In this document: positions 60,550-64,000 of the stretch, piece after piece
How positions within the stretch are numbered: position 1 is the stretch's first letter
Layout: the number at the start of each line of letters is the position of its first letter
From: Patescibacteria group bacterium
GTDB taxonomy: Bacteria > Patescibacteriota > WWE3 > UBA101185 > UBA10185
Reading direction: 5' to 3'
NCBI GenBank assembly: GCA_049322215.1
Contig: JBMORU010000001.1
Span: forward strand, 644,023 to 708,022
Length of the DNA: 64,000 nt
Position numbers and translations under genes: made by a program
The notes under the pieces: generated by a model
Database searches by the model: none
What the model saw: the letters and a program-made list of their open reading frames with translations, nothing else
Told to the model about the DNA's origin: nothing

Positions 60550-60587
60550 CCTATAGTGTTTACAGCGCTGCTCTTGCTTGTTATAAT
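60550..60587 (+). promoter_or_regulatory. Sigma70 promoter with CCTATAGTG element
   Basis: CCTATAGTG-TTTACA-17-TATAAT. Confidence 0.65.
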
Positions 60588-60644
60588 CGTCAAAGTTAAC
60601 GAAATTAATTTCAATTACATAAATATACAAAAGGAGACTTTAAA

Positions 60645-60959
60645 ATGTCATGGGAAGCACTTTCAAAAGATGCGAAAATAAGCCAACTTATTGATGCCTT
60701 AACTCTTACGGCGGTTGGTGTTGTTGAACAAGTCAAAGCAAAACAATACGCGACTGTTAGAGCTCGCCTAACTGACAAAGTGGATATTATGCGTCTGGAT
60801 GTGGACTTTTGGTTTCCGCTTTTAGGTGAACTACGAAAGACAAACAAAATCCCTTCTGCTGAAAGCATTCGAATGAAAGCTGAGGGTATGGTAAACATGA
60901 GTGATGTTGCAATTCGTAAAGCTTTAACTGACTATCGCAAAGAGATCCAACAAAGCTAA
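60645..60959 (+). CDS. Hypothetical protein
   Basis: AAGGAG RBS; own promoter and terminator. Confidence 0.65.
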   Translation: MSWEALSKDAKISQLIDALTLTAVGVVEQVKAKQYATVRARLTDKVDIMRLDVDFWFPLLGELRKTNKIPSAESIRMKAEGMVNMSDVAIRKALTDYRKEIQQS

Positions 60960-60977
60960 AACGCACTAAAATAACGT

Positions 60978-61033
60978 AGACTGTACTTGCTTAAAGGAAA
61001 ATAAAAACCTTAAAGTAGCTACAGTCTTTTTTT
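60978..61033 (+). terminator. Intrinsic terminator
   Basis: AGACTGTA...TACAGTCT plus T-tract. Confidence 0.65.
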
Positions 61034-61101
61034 GCCTTTGTAAAGGTGGTGCACATCTACAACATTGCCTTAAATCAGCATGTCTTTCTTTCAGCTATTA
61101 A

Positions 61102-62340
61102 TTAGAGACCCATTTCCTCATCAAATGAATAATGAATATCTCTAAAACTATTATTGAATTCAATTACATCACTTTTAACATCTTCACCTATTAACGCTCT
61201 ATGTACTAAATTTGCTACCTCTTTTACGTCATTTTCTTTCAAACCTCTTCTAGTCAACTCTTGGGTACCTACTCTTATAAATAATCTATCGCCTAGGGGT
61301 GAATCAAAGTTTGTTGAAATGTTATTTTTTACTAAATTTTTATATAATTCTCCTCTTACCCCTTTATCATCAATAAATACATGCGCTTGGTGATTGTTTG
61401 AGTATTCACCATTGTTTGCTTTTCTTACCGCATATCCCAATTCTGAAAATGCGTTACCAATAGCACGAGAATTACTAATAATTTGCTTTGCGTATTCTTT
61501 TCCAAATGCTTCCATTTCTAATATTGTTATCGAAAGCCCAATCATGTGTGTTAAATGGTTTGTAGAATAAAGACACCCATTAATTATTGAGTTAGCTTTT
61601 AAGCCCAAATCCGCATCTCTAAAAGCTATCATTCCTTTATGAACTGCTGGAAGTGTTTTGTGCGTGTTTGCACAAACTACGTTTGCTCCTTCTTTTAGTG
61701 GCGCTTGAAATTCTTGTCCCATAATTAAGCCCATTGTATGGCTAGCATCATAAATTATTGTAATGTTTTCACCAACTGCTTCTCTAAGCTCTTTTAAGTT
61801 ATGTGGGTTTAAGTAATAAGAAACATCAAGATAAATTGCTGTTGCACCAAGTTCTTTAACTGTTTTTGCTGTTTCTTCAACATTAAAGCGTAAGTTTTCT
61901 AAGTCGTACGATACAAAACCATGTTTTCTTCCAATTCTGTCTAATATGCCCTTTGTAGCAAAGTGTCCTCCGGCGTCATGATGTACTGTTAGCACGGTAT
62001 CGCTTGGTTCTGTAACTGCTAATATAGACGACATCATTGCATGTACACCAGATAACACATTTAAATTAATTGCTTCTGCTGAAAGCATGTTCTTTCCAGT
62101 TTCTTCTGCTTTGTTAACAAGGTCTTCTACACTTTGAATACCTAAAGCAGTAAAGGGATTCATATCAACAACGGAGTTTTCATCGCCACCTCCCATGTAG
62201 TAACGATCAGATAAAGGGGAGTTTAAGAAAAGTCTAACAGTTTTTGAAACTTGGTTTTCGTTGGCAGTTAAGTGTAAAAATTGAAGGCTTCGTTCTTCTT
62301 CTTTTTGAATGTTTTGAACTAGGGTTTTTATGTTTGTCAT
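61102..62340 (-). CDS. SHMT-fold PLP enzyme, L-threonine transaldolase-like
   Basis: LTANEN, LSG.HAM, GGHF, YDASH, THKTLP, RVGTQE.TR.G. Confidence 0.8.
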   Translation of the reverse strand: MTNIKTLVQNIQKEEERSLQFLHLTANENQVSKTVRLFLNSPLSDRYYMGGGDENSVVDMNPFTALGIQSVEDLVNKAEETGKNMLSAEAINLNVLSGVHAMMSSILAVTEPSDTVLTVHHDAGGHFATKGILDRIGRKHGFVSYDLENLRFNVEETAKTVKELGATAIYLDVSYYLNPHNLKELREAVGENITIIYDASHTMGLIMGQEFQAPLKEGANVVCANTHKTLPAVHKGMIAFRDADLGLKANSIINGCLYSTNHLTHMIGLSITILEMEAFGKEYAKQIISNSRAIGNAFSELGYAVRKANNGEYSNNHQAHVFIDDKGVRGELYKNLVKNNISTNFDSPLGDRLFIRVGTQELTRRGLKENDVKEVANLVHRALIGEDVKSDVIEFNNSFRDIHYSFDEEMGL

Positions 62341-62381
62341 GGAGATATGATATCACTAAAAGTTTTGTTGGGAATTATAGT

Positions 62382-62456
62382 TGGTGAGGGAGGAGAGGAT
62401 CGAACTCTCGACACCCTGGTTAAAAGCCAGGTGCTCTACCACTGAGCTACTCCCCC
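62382..62456 (-). tRNA. tRNA-Lys(TTT)
   Basis: GGGGGAG...CTCCCTC-ACCA; loop CTTTTAA. Confidence 0.96.
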
Positions 62457-62594
62457 ATAAAACAAGAGTAAGTTAAATAAACAGGCCTAAAGCCTGTGGT
62501 TTTACAAGCAGTATTATACATAACAATATTATGAACACAAAGCATTATACTACAATAGTATTGACATTTTCGGGTTATTTTAGTATTTTTCTTG

Positions 62595-62749
62595 TGCGAG
62601 AATGGCTTTATCGTTACCGTTGCTACTTTTGATACCACCTCTATGCAAAAACTACTACACTATAGCGGTAATGAGCATCCACCTCCGTGTTTTAGGAATA
62701 ATCAAAAGGTTACTGGCAACTTTAATCTTTTGGTTATTCCTTTTTTTTT
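62595..62749 (+). ncRNA. Candidate sRNA (~155 nt)
   Basis: TTGACA-17-TATTTT upstream; CGTTACCGTTG/TAGCGGTAATG stem; 19-bp terminator plus T-tract. Confidence 0.5.
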
Positions 62750-62750
62750 G

Positions 62751-62779
62751 TTGACGTATATAACTATAGGTGGCATAAT
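62751..62779 (+). promoter_or_regulatory. Sigma70 promoter of the leader/ATP-grasp unit
   Basis: TTGACG-17-CATAAT with extended TG. Confidence 0.65.
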
Positions 62780-62789
62780 TCTTCAAACT

Positions 62790-62900
62790 ATGAATAACGT
62801 TATGGTTAAAGCTCAGTTAAATACCTTCATATTAAATATAGTCGCTATATTTAGTATTTTTGGCCTCTTTATTATTGGTCAAAGTGGAGGTGTTTTGTAA
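62790..62900 (+). CDS. 36-aa Ile/Phe-rich leader peptide
   Basis: MNNVMVKAQLNTFILNIVAIFSIFGLFIIGQSGGVL; starts 10 nt after the -10 box. Confidence 0.55.
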   Translation: MNNVMVKAQLNTFILNIVAIFSIFGLFIIGQSGGVL

Positions 62901-62952
62901 CTAAGGTTTAACTATACCTTATTAGCACCTCCCTAACCGGGAGGTTTTTTTT
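62886..62952 (+). promoter_or_regulatory. Attenuator with overlapping antiterminator and terminator
   Basis: GGAGGTGTT(62886-94):AGCACCTCC(62924-32) competes with ACCTCCC:GGGAGGT-T7. Confidence 0.65.
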
Positions 62953-63052
62953 AACCTTTTTTTAATAGATTTTGCGCTTAAGCAAATAAGTTTAAGGGTA
63001 AAAGTTATTAAAAAAGCACATTGAATAAAAAATACTAAAAAGGAGATATGCA

Positions 63053-64000
63053 ATGCTAGTAGATCAAGAGGCTCAGCTACGAGCCATAGCACTGTTCAAT
63101 GAGGCGATCGAAGGTTTGGGTTCTTCCGGCCAAGCGTCTTTAAGCAGTAAAATCTCCTCTCAGGCCGGAAGACTTGGTTTGAGAGTAGGTGATTCTGCTA
63201 TTCCAATGGGTATGCGTTTGCACCCTATTACCGCTACACAACAGCGGTGGGCTACACAAAATGCCGAAGGCGTTTTTATGGCACTTACTCAGGTTGAAGC
63301 AGCTGCGCTGGGTAGAAACTTTTTTGTGAAGTGGCTTGTAGACCGTTCAATTCCTTCGGCGCGCGATAGAGCCTTGTTTTTTCAGGTTTCAAAGCGAAAA
63401 CGCGAAGGGAAAAACCGTTACCAAATGGCACGCCTAGACTTAATTAGCCGCGCGGTTGAGGTAAACGGTAACGGTGTGCAGGGTTGGGCTTTTCACGATA
63501 AAGCTGCAGAACTTTACGAAACCGTTTTGCCCGACTTCTTTCCTGGTTTTCGTGGACTGAGTTTACCTCGTGTAGCGCCGCGGTTGCTAAGCTTGATTTT
63601 GTCGGCGTACAAAGTTGAGCGTGGTAACGGTGTTGCTCCCACAATTGGTATTGTGAAACTGCGCGGACGCGATGAGGTAGAAAAAAACGAGGCCCCCTAC
63701 ATTGCAAAGCAGTTTCGTATGCAGGGAACAAATACCATCATTGGCTATGCCGATCAGGTAAGTTTGCGTGATAACGAAATGTACCTTAGGGGAAAACGTA
63801 TTCATGTGATTTACCGGGTTTTTGATGTGGCCAACCTGGGAGATCTTTGGGACGATGCAAAAGATTTGTACGAAATCTTTATGCGGCCTGATGACTTTAC
63901 TGTGGTGCCGTCGGTGTCAGATAGTATTGTAGGATTGAAGTTTGGCTTTGCACTGCTGTCGTCTCCAATTTGGCGCACACTTTTGGTAGACAGCAAATAC
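63053..64000 (+). CDS. Circularly permuted ATP-grasp / glutathionylspermidine-synthase-like ligase, 3'-truncated, absent from ORF track
   Basis: AAGGAG RBS; 316 open codons; MARLD, EVNG..VQG, LRGKRIHVIYR, V.S.S..I.G.KF.FALL. Confidence 0.75.
   Translation, partial: MLVDQEAQLRAIALFNEAIEGLGSSGQASLSSKISSQAGRLGLRVGDSAIPMGMRLHPITATQQRWATQNAEGVFMALTQVEAAALGRNFFVKWLVDRSIPSARDRALFFQVSKRKREGKNRYQMARLDLISRAVEVNGNGVQGWAFHDKAAELYETVLPDFFPGFRGLSLPRVAPRLLSLILSAYKVERGNGVAPTIGIVKLRGRDEVEKNEAPYIAKQFRMQGTNTIIGYADQVSLRDNEMYLRGKRIHVIYRVFDVANLGDLWDDAKDLYEIFMRPDDFTVVPSVSDSIVGLKFGFALLSSPIWRTLLVDSKY

Noticed and set aside
53600-62380. Integron cassette array or tRNA-Lys-anchored island/prophage
   Set aside because: Mixed gene orientations; hairpins lack RYYYAAC/GTTRRRY ends and share no sequence; no integrase, phage structural genes or duplicated tRNA 3' end seen
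62602-62754. 50-codon Leu-rich ORF (MALSLPLLLL...) in the candidate sRNA
   Set aside because: It runs through the terminator stem and U-tract, so it does not fit a leader peptide; not fully excluded
62592-62900. 102-aa ORF as a single gene
   Set aside because: It crosses a terminator and a promoter; only the last 36 codons follow a plausible TSS
63444-63996. Three short minus-strand ORFs
   Set aside because: Shadows of the long plus-strand ATP-grasp ORF, which lacks a stop within the window
1-64000. CRISPR array, rRNA, IS elements, stop-codon reassignment
   Set aside because: No regularly spaced repeats, rRNA or transposase seen; genes read intact in code 11 with TGA stops

Overview
AT-rich chromosomal segment of a reduced-genome bacterium. 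Gene content suggests the Candidate Phyla Radiation (Patescibacteria), probably Microgenomates/WWE3-like (inference); TGA is used as a stop. About 1-53 kb is mostly core: PBP, uvrA/uvrC, secG, a partial dcw cluster (mraY-ftsW-murG-ftsQ-ftsA-ftsZ) flanked by degenerate MurA- and MurF-like genes and an ECF sigma, class Ic-type nrdAB, ileS, rodA, rplU/rpmA/rplS, surface-glycan genes, polX, lemA/htpX, gatCAB, polA, a Clp ATPase and tmk. There are 4 tRNAs. About 53.6-64 kb is accessory: NADAR plus HicB-like, mini-CYTH, EamA, methyltransferase, GNAT, a threonine-transaldolase-like SHMT homologue, and a circularly permuted ATP-grasp gene missing from the ORF track. Most notable: (i) a ribosome-type attenuator (Ile/Phe-rich leader with mutually exclusive antiterminator and terminator) before the ATP-grasp gene, and a similar Ile-containing uORF before ileS; (ii) two unannotated structured RNAs bounded by a promoter and a terminator; (iii) pervasive leaderless TGnTAnnnT-N6-ATG starts alongside SD-led stand-alone genes that share a CCTATAGT(G) element abutting the -35 box; (iv) a pseudo-MurF coupled to an ECF sigma. 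No CRISPR array, rRNA, integrase or transposase was seen. All calls come from reading the sequence by eye; no database search was run.
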